From assembly GCA_963725865.1 (NCBI GenBank), contig CAVSAC010000012.1, forward strand, positions 1,056,001-1,120,000: a stretch of 64,000 nucleotides of DNA. The letters are read 5' to 3'. Of the stretch, positions 20,537 through 29,643 are shown one piece after another (the first letter of the stretch is position 1; the number at the start of each line of letters is the position of its first letter). The stretch comes from Candidatus Eiseniibacteriota bacterium (GTDB lineage: Bacteria > Eisenbacteria > RBG-16-71-46). A program made the translations under genes and the position numbers. The notes beneath the pieces are model-generated. The model made no database searches. It had not been told where the DNA came from and saw only the letters and a list, made by a program, of their open reading frames with translations.

Positions 20537-23011
20537 ATGGGATCGACCCGATCTCCCATTCTCCCGCGCGCAGGAGTCCTCGTGCTGTTCCTCCTGCTGT
20601 CGCCGGCGCTGCAGCCGATCGCCCTCGCTCGAATCGCGCCCGCGCCACCGCGCTTCTCAGCCGCATTCCGGTCCTTCGAAGCGGGAGGGGAACTCCGATC
20701 GCTCGCCGTGGGCGACCTGAACGGGGATGGCGCGCCGGACCTCGCCGTGGCGAACAGCAGCTCGGACGCGGTCTCGATCCTGCTCGCGGACGGTCATGGC
20801 GCGTTCGGTCCCGCGACGGACTTCGCGGCCGGAGACTATCCTCAATCGGTCGCGGTCGGGGACCTGGACTCGGACGGGGATCTGGACCTCGTGGTGGCGA
20901 ACGAGAGTTCCAGCACGATCTCGGTGTTGCTGGGAATCGGCGGTGGCTCGTTCGGACCCAGGGCGGATCTCATGTCCGCCTACGCGCCTCACGCCGTCGC
21001 GATCGGTGACTTGAACTCGGACGGCATCCTCGACCTGGCAGTTGCGAACCAGGGATCCAACACGGTCCAGGTGCTGCTCGGCGTCGGCAACGGGACGTTC
21101 GGCACGCCCACTCGCTACCTGCCCACGGGGAGCAGTCCCTACTCCGTGGCGATCGGCGATCTGAACGCCGACGGACGGCCCGACCTCGCGGTGGCGAACT
21201 ACGCGTCGAACTCGGTCTCGGTCCTGCTGGGCGAGGGCGGGGGCGCCTTCGGCTGGAAGACGGACTTCGCCACGGGAGGCGGGCCGGTCGCGGTCGCGAT
21301 CGGAGACCTCGACCGAAACGGCACACTCGACCTCGCCGTCGCGAACTGGAGCGAGAACACCGTCTCCGCATTGTCCGGAGTCGGAGACGGGACGTTCACC
21401 GGCCCGCTCAGCTTCGAGACCGGGTGGCAGCCGTACGGACTGTCGATCGCCGATCTCGATGGCGACGCGGTGCCCGACCTCGCGATCGCGAACTACAGCT
21501 CGAGCTCGGCATCGGTGCTCATCGGCTCTGGCAACGGGACGTTCCGTCACAAGCGCGACTTCGGGACCGGGGCGCTGCCCGTCGCGGTGGGCGCTCGTGA
21601 CCTGGACGCCGACGGTCATCCGGACCTCGTCGTGGCCAACTTCCATTCCAGGTCGGTCTCGGTGCTGCCGGGCGACGGGACGGGCGGATTCGGCGATCCC
21701 GGCGAGTACGCGTGCGGGGGATACGCCTCCTCGATGTCGATCGGTGACCTGAACGGAGATGCCCGGCCCGATCTGGTGGTGGCGCTCGGAATCGGCCTCG
21801 CGATCTCGGCGCTGCTGAACTCGGGAGCCGCGACGTTCGATGAGCGGGTTTACTCCGGGACCCTCAGCCATCCCGGGGCGACCGTGCTCGGTGATCTCGA
21901 TCGCGATGGCCGGCTCGATGTCGCGGCGGTGGACTTCAACGCCCATTCGGTCTCGATTCTGGTGGGCCGCGGAGACGGCGGATTCAGCGGCCGACCCGGG
22001 CTCGACACCGGACTTGGTCCCAGCGGCGCGGCACTGGGTGATGTCGACTCCGACGGCGCGCTCGACCTGGTCGTGGTCAACGCGAACTCCAATACGGTGT
22101 CCCTCTTCCTCGGATCCGGGAACGCGGCGTTCGGTGCGCGCACGGATTTCGCGACCGGCGCCCAACCCGTGGCCGTCGCGCTCGGGGATCTCGATCGAGA
22201 CTCCCGGCTCGACCTGGCAGTCGCCAGTGCGGGCTCGAACACCGTGTCGATCCTTCTCGGCGATGGCGAAGGGGGTTTTGCTCTGCGAACGGATTTCCCG
22301 ACGGCCGCCGGTCCGGCATCGATCGCCATCGGCGACCTCGATCAGGACGGCGATCTCGACCTCGTGACGGCAAGCCCCACGGCGAACGTGCTCTCGATCC
22401 TGATGGGCAGCGGGAACGGCAGCTTCGGTCCGAGCGCGGACCTCGCCACGGCGAGGGGGCCCTATTCCGTCGCGATGGCGGACCTGAACGGGGACGGGGC
22501 TCTGGACCTGGCGGCGACCGACGCGTACGCCAACGCGATCTCGGTGTTCGCGGGCGGCGGAGATGGATCGTTCGGGGCGCGCGCGGACTTCGGCGTCGGC
22601 AACTTGCCCGCCGCGCTCGCGGTCGGGGATCTCGATGGCGACGGCCGCCCGGATCTGGCGGTCGCGAATCACGAGTCCCAGAGTGTCTCGGTGCTCAGGA
22701 ACCTCGGTGCGCCCCCGCTCGACGTGCCACCCTTCATCATCGGCGCGCCGACGCTCTCGCTGCGGCTGGCGGGCGCGAATCCCATCGGGCGAGGGACCAC
22801 GGTGGAATTCTCGCTTCCCGCGCGCGGCCGCGCCACGGTCGCGCTGTTCTCGGTGACCGGTCAGCGAATGCGCACGCTGGCCAGTGGCGAACTCGATGCG
22901 GGAGTCACCACGCTGGAGCTGGACGCCGCGGGGCTGCCCGCGGGCGTCTATTTCGTGAAGCTGGATTCCGCCCTGGGCGCGGCGTCCCGGCGACTGGTGG
23001 TGCTTCACTAG
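20537..23011 (+). CDS. FG-GAP/VCBS-repeat beta-propeller protein with a C-terminal sorting-type domain
   Basis: 14 xDLxxDGxxDL-type repeats, signal-like N-terminus, GGAGG RBS, NP..AGVYFVKL tail. Confidence 0.9.
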   Translation: MGSTRSPILPRAGVLVLFLLLSPALQPIALARIAPAPPRFSAAFRSFEAGGELRSLAVGDLNGDGAPDLAVANSSSDAVSILLADGHGAFGPATDFAAGDYPQSVAVGDLDSDGDLDLVVANESSSTISVLLGIGGGSFGPRADLMSAYAPHAVAIGDLNSDGILDLAVANQGSNTVQVLLGVGNGTFGTPTRYLPTGSSPYSVAIGDLNADGRPDLAVANYASNSVSVLLGEGGGAFGWKTDFATGGGPVAVAIGDLDRNGTLDLAVANWSENTVSALSGVGDGTFTGPLSFETGWQPYGLSIADLDGDAVPDLAIANYSSSSASVLIGSGNGTFRHKRDFGTGALPVAVGARDLDADGHPDLVVANFHSRSVSVLPGDGTGGFGDPGEYACGGYASSMSIGDLNGDARPDLVVALGIGLAISALLNSGAATFDERVYSGTLSHPGATVLGDLDRDGRLDVAAVDFNAHSVSILVGRGDGGFSGRPGLDTGLGPSGAALGDVDSDGALDLVVVNANSNTVSLFLGSGNAAFGARTDFATGAQPVAVALGDLDRDSRLDLAVASAGSNTVSILLGDGEGGFALRTDFPTAAGPASIAIGDLDQDGDLDLVTASPTANVLSILMGSGNGSFGPSADLATARGPYSVAMADLNGDGALDLAATDAYANAISVFAGGGDGSFGARADFGVGNLPAALAVGDLDGDGRPDLAVANHESQSVSVLRNLGAPPLDVPPFIIGAPTLSLRLAGANPIGRGTTVEFSLPARGRATVALFSVTGQRMRTLASGELDAGVTTLELDAAGLPAGVYFVKLDSALGAASRRLVVLH

Positions 23012-23142
23012 CACGCGGGGATCCGGCTCGCCGCCGATACTGTGGCCGGCGTCTCCTCGCCGCGCTGCTCAGTCCGGGCGCGCCCGGGTTCATCGACCAG
23101 CGCTTCGCGCCGGCCGGGGTCGCGGACGTACGCACCACCCGC

Positions 23143-23352
23143 GTGTCCGCGCCGTTCCGGCGGCCACGGCTGGAGCACGACGTGGAGTTCCTCCGCAGCT
23201 CGACCGCACCCATCCCGCAGATCCTGGGTCGCCTCGATGACGCGGCGCGCGTCGCAGCGTGGGCCGACATCGAGGCGAGGCTGCGCGCGTTCGAGACACC
23301 GGACGGCTGGATCGGGCCGAACGAACTGCTGCTGACGGTGGGGCGGCGGTAG
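23143..23352 (+). pseudogene. C-terminal remnant of a class I SAM-methyltransferase-like gene
   Basis: ...AAWADIEARLRAFETPDGWIGPNELLLTVGRR* resembles the tail of UbiE-like methyltransferases. No SAM-binding N-terminal part, and no room for one. Confidence 0.5.
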
Positions 23353-23391
23353 GGGGGAGCGCCTCCGCTTGCCCACCCGCGGCCCGGTGCC

Positions 23392-24723
23392 TCACGGCGC
23401 CTCGGTCGGAGCGTGCGGGACCCTGCGGGCACCGTGGGGCGCCAGACGCTTGAGTGCCGCGCGTACTCGGACCTCGAGCGGAGCGTTGTCGGGCATGTCG
23501 GCGCACGCCGCAGCCGCGCGGCGCGCGTTTTCGAGGGTGACCCCGAGGCTGCGCAGCCATGGAATGACCTCGTCCATTCGTGCCCGAGCGGCGACGGCGC
23601 ATTCGCGCTCGAGCACCCGCGCGGCCTCGTGCGCCATCCCGGCCTCGTGTGCACGCGAAGGGTCGCCTGCCACCGCGGCCTCCTGAGCCGTGTCCCCGCC
23701 GCGCCGCGCTTGGTCGCGCTGGTGGTGCATGAAGTCGGCGCCATACGTGCGCTCTGCGGCGTGCTGGTTGTGCGCCCGACACAACAGCCGCATCCGATCC
23801 GGCGTCGCCTGCCCGCCGCGCGCGAACGCGTCGAGGTGGTCGAACTCCAGGAACTTTCGTGTTTCGCAGCGATGGCCCTTGCCGCTTACGAATGTGCACT
23901 GACCGCCATCGCGCTGCCAGACCATGCGCCGAATCTCGGCGGGCACGTAGCGGGTGTCCGCTGCGCGAAGCCGGCGGCTTGGGCGCGTGCGGGCGCTAGC
24001 GGCGAAGCGGCGCTGCTCGAGCTTCGCGATCAACACGTCGAGCGCGCGATCGAGCACCTGCGCGAGGTCGCCCGAGGGCAGCGCGTGGCCGAGCAGCGAC
24101 TGCGCGTAGCGCAGCTTGTCGTGCGTGGCCTGCGCGATCGTGACCTGCAGCGCGACCTTGCCGGGTGAGAGCGGCGTGAGCTTTGAACGCGGCTCGGAGG
24201 CACGCTCACTCGCCGGCCCCAGCACATGTTCAGAATCGGTCACATGAACATGCCCCGGGGCATGTTGTTCTTCACTTTCACAAGCGGCGAGCGGCGTCAC
24301 CAGGGTCGGCAGGTCGGGCCGTGGGAAGCGCTCGGCGATCAGTCGCTCGAGTTCGGGCTTGGACTTGCTCGCCGCGGCGGCCAGCAGCTTGTCAACATTC
24401 TCCGGTGTGAGGTGCGGTGCCAACAGCACCACCGCGCTCAAGTGCAGCCTGCCATCGGCCAGCATGGAGAAGATCGCCGGAAAGCTCCGGGCCAGCCGAG
24501 CGGCCTGGATGCGCTTGGCGGTCGAGTCCTCCGACAGCTTCAGCTCGCCGACGCACCACGCATACATCGACGAATACCCCGCCGGCAGGTACAGCCGCCG
24601 GGCGTCGACCTCGGCCAGATGCGCCAGCATCGCGGCGGTGGTGACCCGATCCTGGGCGACGAGAGCAGCGAGGTCATGCAGCAGAACACGGTCCGACAGA
24701 TGCGACAGTGAATAGGCCTTCAT
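23392..24723 (-). CDS. DUF222-like protein with an HNH endonuclease domain
   Basis: LAHLAEVDARRLYL..GYSSM..C, LADGRLHLS, VWQRDGGQC...C...LEFDH...GG...LLCRAHN. Confidence 0.85.
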   Translation of the reverse strand: MKAYSLSHLSDRVLLHDLAALVAQDRVTTAAMLAHLAEVDARRLYLPAGYSSMYAWCVGELKLSEDSTAKRIQAARLARSFPAIFSMLADGRLHLSAVVLLAPHLTPENVDKLLAAAASKSKPELERLIAERFPRPDLPTLVTPLAACESEEQHAPGHVHVTDSEHVLGPASERASEPRSKLTPLSPGKVALQVTIAQATHDKLRYAQSLLGHALPSGDLAQVLDRALDVLIAKLEQRRFAASARTRPSRRLRAADTRYVPAEIRRMVWQRDGGQCTFVSGKGHRCETRKFLEFDHLDAFARGGQATPDRMRLLCRAHNQHAAERTYGADFMHHQRDQARRGGDTAQEAAVAGDPSRAHEAGMAHEAARVLERECAVAARARMDEVIPWLRSLGVTLENARRAAAACADMPDNAPLEVRVRAALKRLAPHGARRVPHAPTEAP

Positions 24724-25189
24724 GACGAGACTCCGCTTCGGGGGCAGAGTCGCGGGGGCAGCCTCTACTTACTAGCACGCGCGTTCGCGGCGCGCGTGCC
24801 CGCGCGGAGAGCGCGCATCTCGGGGCGGCGCGAGACGAAAGTCGCCCGGCGTTATTTCGAAGTGCCCGCTGTCATTCTGCGTGCGCATATGCACGGTTCA
24901 GGCACCCGCGACGACCTGCGCCTGCGGGGGCGCACGCAGCGTGTCAAGCTGATTCGTGACGAACACCGAGATCTTCGGTCACTGCGGCGCGGTTGGTTCG
25001 CGACGGCCGCCGCCGTCGGGCTGATCACTTCGAGCGACATAGCACGCGCCACTCGGCACGGGGACTTCGAGCGCGCGTCCCGGGCGGATCATGCCGCCGC
25101 ATCGCAGGCGCGGTCTCGCTCGACCCCGATGCTATAGTGCCCGCCGCCCGACTCCGCGCCCCGTGCCGCTCGATCCCCAGAGGAGCTCC

Positions 25190-26371
25190 ATGATGAACGA
25201 GATCGTCCTCGCGTCGCCCGTCCGCACCCCGATCGGCCGCTTCGGCGGCGGGCTCGCGTCCATGACCGCCGCCGAGCTGGGCGGGATCGCGGCGCGAGCG
25301 AGCCTCGAGCGCGCGGGGCTCGCCGCCTCCGCGGTGGGCTACACGGTGTTCGGCAACGCGCGCCAGGCGGGCGGCGGCCCGAACCCGGCGCGCCAGGTGG
25401 GGCGCAACGCCGGCCTGCCCGACGCCGCGCCGGCGTTCACGATCAACATGGCGTGCGCATCGGGCCTGCAGGCGATCCTGTCGGCGGCGCGCGTGATCCG
25501 CGACGGCGAGGCCGACGTGGTGCTGGCGGGCGGCACCGAGTCGATGAGCCGCGTGCCCTACATGCTCGAGCGCGCGCGCTGGGGCTACCGGCTCGGCCAC
25601 GGCGAGCTGACCGACGGCATGTATCGCGACGGCTTCCTCTGCCCGCTGAGCGGCAGGATCATGGGAGAGACGGCCGAGACGCTGGCGAAGCAGTACGCGA
25701 TCCCGCGCGCTGAGCAGGACGAGTTCGCCGCCACCAGCCAGCAGCGCTGCGAGGCCGCACGCAAGGCCGGCCGCTTCGCCGACGAGATCGTGGCCGTCGA
25801 TGCGAAGGAGGGCCGCAAGGTCACGCGGGTCGCGGCCGACGAGCATCCGCGCGACGGCATCACGGCCGTCGGTCTCGCCGACCTGAAACCGGTGTTCCAG
25901 GCGGACGGCACCGTGACCGCGGGCAACTCGTCGGGCATCACCGACGGCGCGGCCGCGGTGCTGGTGATGTCCGCCGAGGCCGCGAAGCGCCACGGGGTGA
26001 CGCCGTGGGCGCGTCTCGCGGGCTTCGCGACCGCCGGCGTGGCGCCCGAGGTGATGGGCATCGGACCGGTGCCGGCGGTGCGCGCGCTCGAGCAGCGCAC
26101 CGGAGTGAAGCTCGCCGACATCGACTTGGTCGAGCTGAACGAGGCGTTCGCCGCGCAGGTGATCGCGTGCGATCGCGAGCTGCACTTCGACCGCGCGCGC
26201 CTCAACGTGAACGGCGGCGCGATCGCGCTCGGTCACCCGATCGGCTGCACCGGCGCCCGCATCGTGGTGACGCTGTTGCACGAGATGAAGCGCCGCGAAG
26301 CGAAGCGCGGGCTCGCCACGCTGTGCGTCTCGGGCGGGTTGGGCTTCGCGATGCTGCTCGAACGCGCCTAG
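25190..26371 (+). CDS. Acetyl-CoA C-acyltransferase (canonical thiolase)
   Basis: RTPIG, INMACASG (Cys intact), NEAFAAQ, GHPIG, LCVSGG. GAGGAG RBS. Extended -10-like TGcTATAGT at 25130-25138. Confidence 0.93.
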   Translation: MMNEIVLASPVRTPIGRFGGGLASMTAAELGGIAARASLERAGLAASAVGYTVFGNARQAGGGPNPARQVGRNAGLPDAAPAFTINMACASGLQAILSAARVIRDGEADVVLAGGTESMSRVPYMLERARWGYRLGHGELTDGMYRDGFLCPLSGRIMGETAETLAKQYAIPRAEQDEFAATSQQRCEAARKAGRFADEIVAVDAKEGRKVTRVAADEHPRDGITAVGLADLKPVFQADGTVTAGNSSGITDGAAAVLVMSAEAAKRHGVTPWARLAGFATAGVAPEVMGIGPVPAVRALEQRTGVKLADIDLVELNEAFAAQVIACDRELHFDRARLNVNGGAIALGHPIGCTGARIVVTLLHEMKRREAKRGLATLCVSGGLGFAMLLERA

Positions 26372-26383
26372 GGAGCGCCGCCG

Positions 26384-27694
26384 CTACTTCTTGGTGTCCT
26401 CGATCTCGTGCTTCCAGGCGCCCAGCGTATCCATGTGCATGGGACGCTGCTCGACCGCCTTCTCGAACTTGCAGATCTGCGTCAGCTCGTCGTCGGTGAG
26501 CACGCGGTTGTGCTCCTTCGCGGCGCGGAAGATCGCCTCGACGAGCGGCTCCTCGGCCTGGTAGCCGTGCGCGTGCAGCCAGTAGACGATGTTCGACATC
26601 CCCGACATGAAGCCGACCTCGATCTGCTGGTGCAGGCCCACCATGCCGGCGGGCACGCCCGAGTACACCATGTCCGCGAGCCCGTCATCACCCTTCTTCT
26701 TCGCCTTGATGATGGCCGCGGCGTGCACGCCGGTGGCGGTGCGGAACGCGTCGTGGCCGAACACCGGGTAGTTCGCGGGGATCGGCACGTCGGTGGCCTC
26801 GCTCGCGACCCGCACGTACTCGGCCAGCGGTGCGAGGTCGTTCTCGATGTAGCCCATCAGTCGCAGGTTGATCAGCAGCTGGTCCATCGAGCAGTTGCCC
26901 ACGCGCTCGCCGAGGCCGAGCGCGGTCGCGTGCACGCGATCGACGCCGGAGGTCATCGCGGTGATGGTGTTGATCACGCCGAGCCCGCGATCGTTGTGGC
27001 CGTGCCAGTCGATCTTGATATCCTCCCCGGTCTCGCGGATGATCTGCCGCACGTAGGGGATGAGATTGCGGACGCCGCGCGGCGTGATGTGACCGACGGT
27101 GTCCGCCACGCACACGCGCCTCGCACCCGCCTCGATCGCGGTGGTGAAGAGTCGCTTGATGGTCTCGGGGGTGGAGCGGGTGGTGTCCTCCGTCACGTAC
27201 ATGACGGGCAGCCCGTGCTGGGTGGCGTACGAGACCGCCTCCTCCGTCAGGCGCAGCATGGTCTCGAGCGTCCAGTCCTCGGCGTACTGGCGGATGGGGG
27301 ACGAGCCGATGAAGGCGCACGTCTCGATCGGGATACCGACCTTCTGCGAGATCTCGAGCAGCGGCTCGATGTCGGAGCGCACGGTGCGCACCGCGCAGTT
27401 CGGGGTGATGCGCAGGCGGGCGCGCGAGATCTCGCGGCACAGCAGCAGGATGTCCGCGCACGCACGCGGGCCGGCGCCGGGCAGCCCGAGGTCGGCGGTG
27501 TGGATCCCGAGCTGGTCCATCAGGTGGAGCATCCGGATCTTGGTGTCGATGTCGGGATCGCGCACGGATGGGGACTGGAGTCCATCGCGCAGGGTCTCGT
27601 CGTCGAACTCGACCTGCCGATCGCGGTGCGGGTAGCCGTTGCCGGCGGTGTTCCAGTCGTAGATCAGGGACGAGACGGAAGGGTTCGGCGACAT
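26384..27694 (-). CDS. LeuA-family DRE-TIM synthase (2-isopropylmalate-synthase-like, short form)
   Basis: DETLRDGLQ, ADTVG, WHGHND, GLGERVGN, GVHA. No C-terminal regulatory domain. Confidence 0.85.
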   Translation of the reverse strand: MSPNPSVSSLIYDWNTAGNGYPHRDRQVEFDDETLRDGLQSPSVRDPDIDTKIRMLHLMDQLGIHTADLGLPGAGPRACADILLLCREISRARLRITPNCAVRTVRSDIEPLLEISQKVGIPIETCAFIGSSPIRQYAEDWTLETMLRLTEEAVSYATQHGLPVMYVTEDTTRSTPETIKRLFTTAIEAGARRVCVADTVGHITPRGVRNLIPYVRQIIRETGEDIKIDWHGHNDRGLGVINTITAMTSGVDRVHATALGLGERVGNCSMDQLLINLRLMGYIENDLAPLAEYVRVASEATDVPIPANYPVFGHDAFRTATGVHAAAIIKAKKKGDDGLADMVYSGVPAGMVGLHQQIEVGFMSGMSNIVYWLHAHGYQAEEPLVEAIFRAAKEHNRVLTDDELTQICKFEKAVEQRPMHMDTLGAWKHEIEDTKK

Positions 27695-27823
27695 CGAGAT
27701 CCTCCTCGGGACCGCCCAGGGCGGTCCGCAGGCCGGTGGCGACCGGGACAGTGCGCAGGACTGTACGACATCGAACGGGCGTTCGCTGCGATAAAGCGCG
27801 CCGCTGCGCCGGGAAAGGGCACG

Positions 27824-28735
27824 ATGCTCCAGGGCAGGGCCGGAGTGGTGACGGGCGCGGGCCGCGGCATCGGCCGCGAGATCGCGCGTGCGCTGGCGCA
27901 TGCGGGCGCCGGGGTGGTGGTGAACGACGCCGGCGTGGCGGTCGACGGCGCGCCGTCGGGCGAGCGCCCCGCCGACGAGGCGGTGGCGACGATCGCGGCC
28001 GCCGGCGGCCGCGCGGTGGCGGACCACGGGTCGGTCGCGTCGTGGGACGACGCGCACGCCATGGTCGAGCGCTGCGTGCAGGCGTTCGGGCGCATCGACT
28101 TCGTCGTGAACAACGCCGGCATCCTGCGCGACGTCATGTTCCACAAGATGAGCGAGGCGGACTGGGACGCGGTCCTCGCGGTGCACCTGAAGGGCACGTT
28201 CAACGTCGCGCGCGCGGCGGCCGGGCGCTTCCGCGCGCAGGGCTCGGGGGCGGTGCTCAACATGACCTCCACGTCGGGCCTCATCGGCAATCTCGGCCAG
28301 GCCAACTACGCCGCCGCCAAGCTCGGCATCGTGGGACTCACGCGCTCGATCGCGCTCGACATGGCGCGGTTCGGCGTGCGCGCGAACGCGATCGCGCCGT
28401 TCGCCTGGACGCGCATCACCGGTACGCTGAGCGGCGGTGCCAGCGCCGCGGAGCGCTCCCGCGTGGAGGGGCTCCAGCGCCTGCGCGCCGACCAGGTCGC
28501 GCCGCTGGCGGTGGTGCTGGTCTCCGACGCGGCGCGCGCGGTGAGCGGGCAGGTGTTCGCCGTGCGCGGTGCGGAGCTGGTGCTGTTCTCGCTCCCTCGT
28601 CCCATCGTCAAGCTCCACGAGTCGGGCGGCTGGAGCACCGCGTCGGTGGCCGCCGCGCTCGCCGGGCCGCTGCGCGAGGCGTTCGTGCCGCTCGAGGTGA
28701 CCGCGGACGTGTTCCCGTACGACCCGCTGATGTGA
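27824..28735 (+). CDS. SDR oxidoreductase (3-hydroxyacyl-CoA dehydrogenase-like)
   Basis: TGAGRGIG, VVVND, NNAGILRD, GQANYAAAK. Confidence 0.9.
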   Translation: MLQGRAGVVTGAGRGIGREIARALAHAGAGVVVNDAGVAVDGAPSGERPADEAVATIAAAGGRAVADHGSVASWDDAHAMVERCVQAFGRIDFVVNNAGILRDVMFHKMSEADWDAVLAVHLKGTFNVARAAAGRFRAQGSGAVLNMTSTSGLIGNLGQANYAAAKLGIVGLTRSIALDMARFGVRANAIAPFAWTRITGTLSGGASAAERSRVEGLQRLRADQVAPLAVVLVSDAARAVSGQVFAVRGAELVLFSLPRPIVKLHESGGWSTASVAAALAGPLREAFVPLEVTADVFPYDPLM

Positions 28736-28745
28736 GCGCCGGGCG

Positions 28746-29633
28746 TCAGCGTGCGGGCTCGGCCGCCGCGAGCCGGCCGCTCGCCGCCAGCTGACGGTGA
28801 CGATAGGCGCCGAGCAGCGCCGCCCCGAACGCCCCCGCGAGGATCGCCTCCGGGTGGGTGACCATTCGCAGCGGCGCGCTGTGCGTCTTCTCGTCCCCTT
28901 CGTTGATGAGCGACTCGAGCCGCTCGAGCAGGCCGGCGTCCTGCGCCAGGCCGCCGGTCACCAGCACCACGTCCTCGGCGCCCACCGAACGCACCAGCCG
29001 CACCAGCCGGCCGGCGATGCTGTGATGGATGCCGCGCAGGATCTCGGCGGTGGTGATGCCGCGACTCACCATGTTGATGACGTCGGTCTCGGCCAGCACG
29101 GCGCAGATGCTCGACACCGGCTCGCTGCGGCGCGCCGAGAGCGAGAGCGCGCCGACGTCCGCCAGCGCCACGCCGAGGTAGCGCGCGATGTTCTCCAGGA
29201 ACTGTCCGCTGCCGCTCGCGCACTGGCTGGTCATGCGGTGCGCCAGCACCTTGCCGCGGCCGTCCATGCGGATCGCGCGCGCGTGGAGCGCGCCCACGTC
29301 GAGCGCCGCGCGCGCCTGCGGGACCAGGTGGAGCGCGCCCGCGGCGTGGGTGGTCATGCTGTAGAAGTGGCCGGTGCGGAACGGCACCGCGTCCCCGTCG
29401 CCGGTCGAGGCCACGTAGTCGAACCGGTCGGCGTTCAGCCCGGCCGCGGCGCACGCGCCCTCGAAGGTCCGCTGCGTGACCTCGTGGACGTTGCGGCGCC
29501 GGATGCGCTCGGTGGCGGTCGCGAGCGTGGTGGCCGGTGCGTGGGCCGGGCAGCGCAGGAGCGCGACCTTGATGGAGCTCGAGCCGACGTCGACGCCGGC
29601 GGTCAGCAGGGGCTGCAACGCGTTGTCGGGCAT
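28746..29633 (-). CDS. bcrD: Benzoyl-CoA reductase subunit D (ATP-binding)
   Basis: AGVDVG, GHFYSMTTHA, MTSQCASGSGQFLENI, SSICAVLAETD. Confidence 0.93.
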   Translation of the reverse strand: MPDNALQPLLTAGVDVGSSSIKVALLRCPAHAPATTLATATERIRRRNVHEVTQRTFEGACAAAGLNADRFDYVASTGDGDAVPFRTGHFYSMTTHAAGALHLVPQARAALDVGALHARAIRMDGRGKVLAHRMTSQCASGSGQFLENIARYLGVALADVGALSLSARRSEPVSSICAVLAETDVINMVSRGITTAEILRGIHHSIAGRLVRLVRSVGAEDVVLVTGGLAQDAGLLERLESLINEGDEKTHSAPLRMVTHPEAILAGAFGAALLGAYRHRQLAASGRLAAAEPAR

Positions 29634-29643
29634 GGGCTCCTCG

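Noticed and set aside
20700..22700. Periodic DNA repeats (ggcgacctg/gacctc) as a CRISPR or tandem array
   Set aside because: These are degenerate coding repeats of FG-GAP blades, with no identical repeats or spacers.
23392..24723. Cas9/IscB or a restriction-system nuclease
   Set aside because: No RuvC motifs, CRISPR array, DNA methyltransferase or transposon ends were seen. It fits the DUF222-like HNH type.
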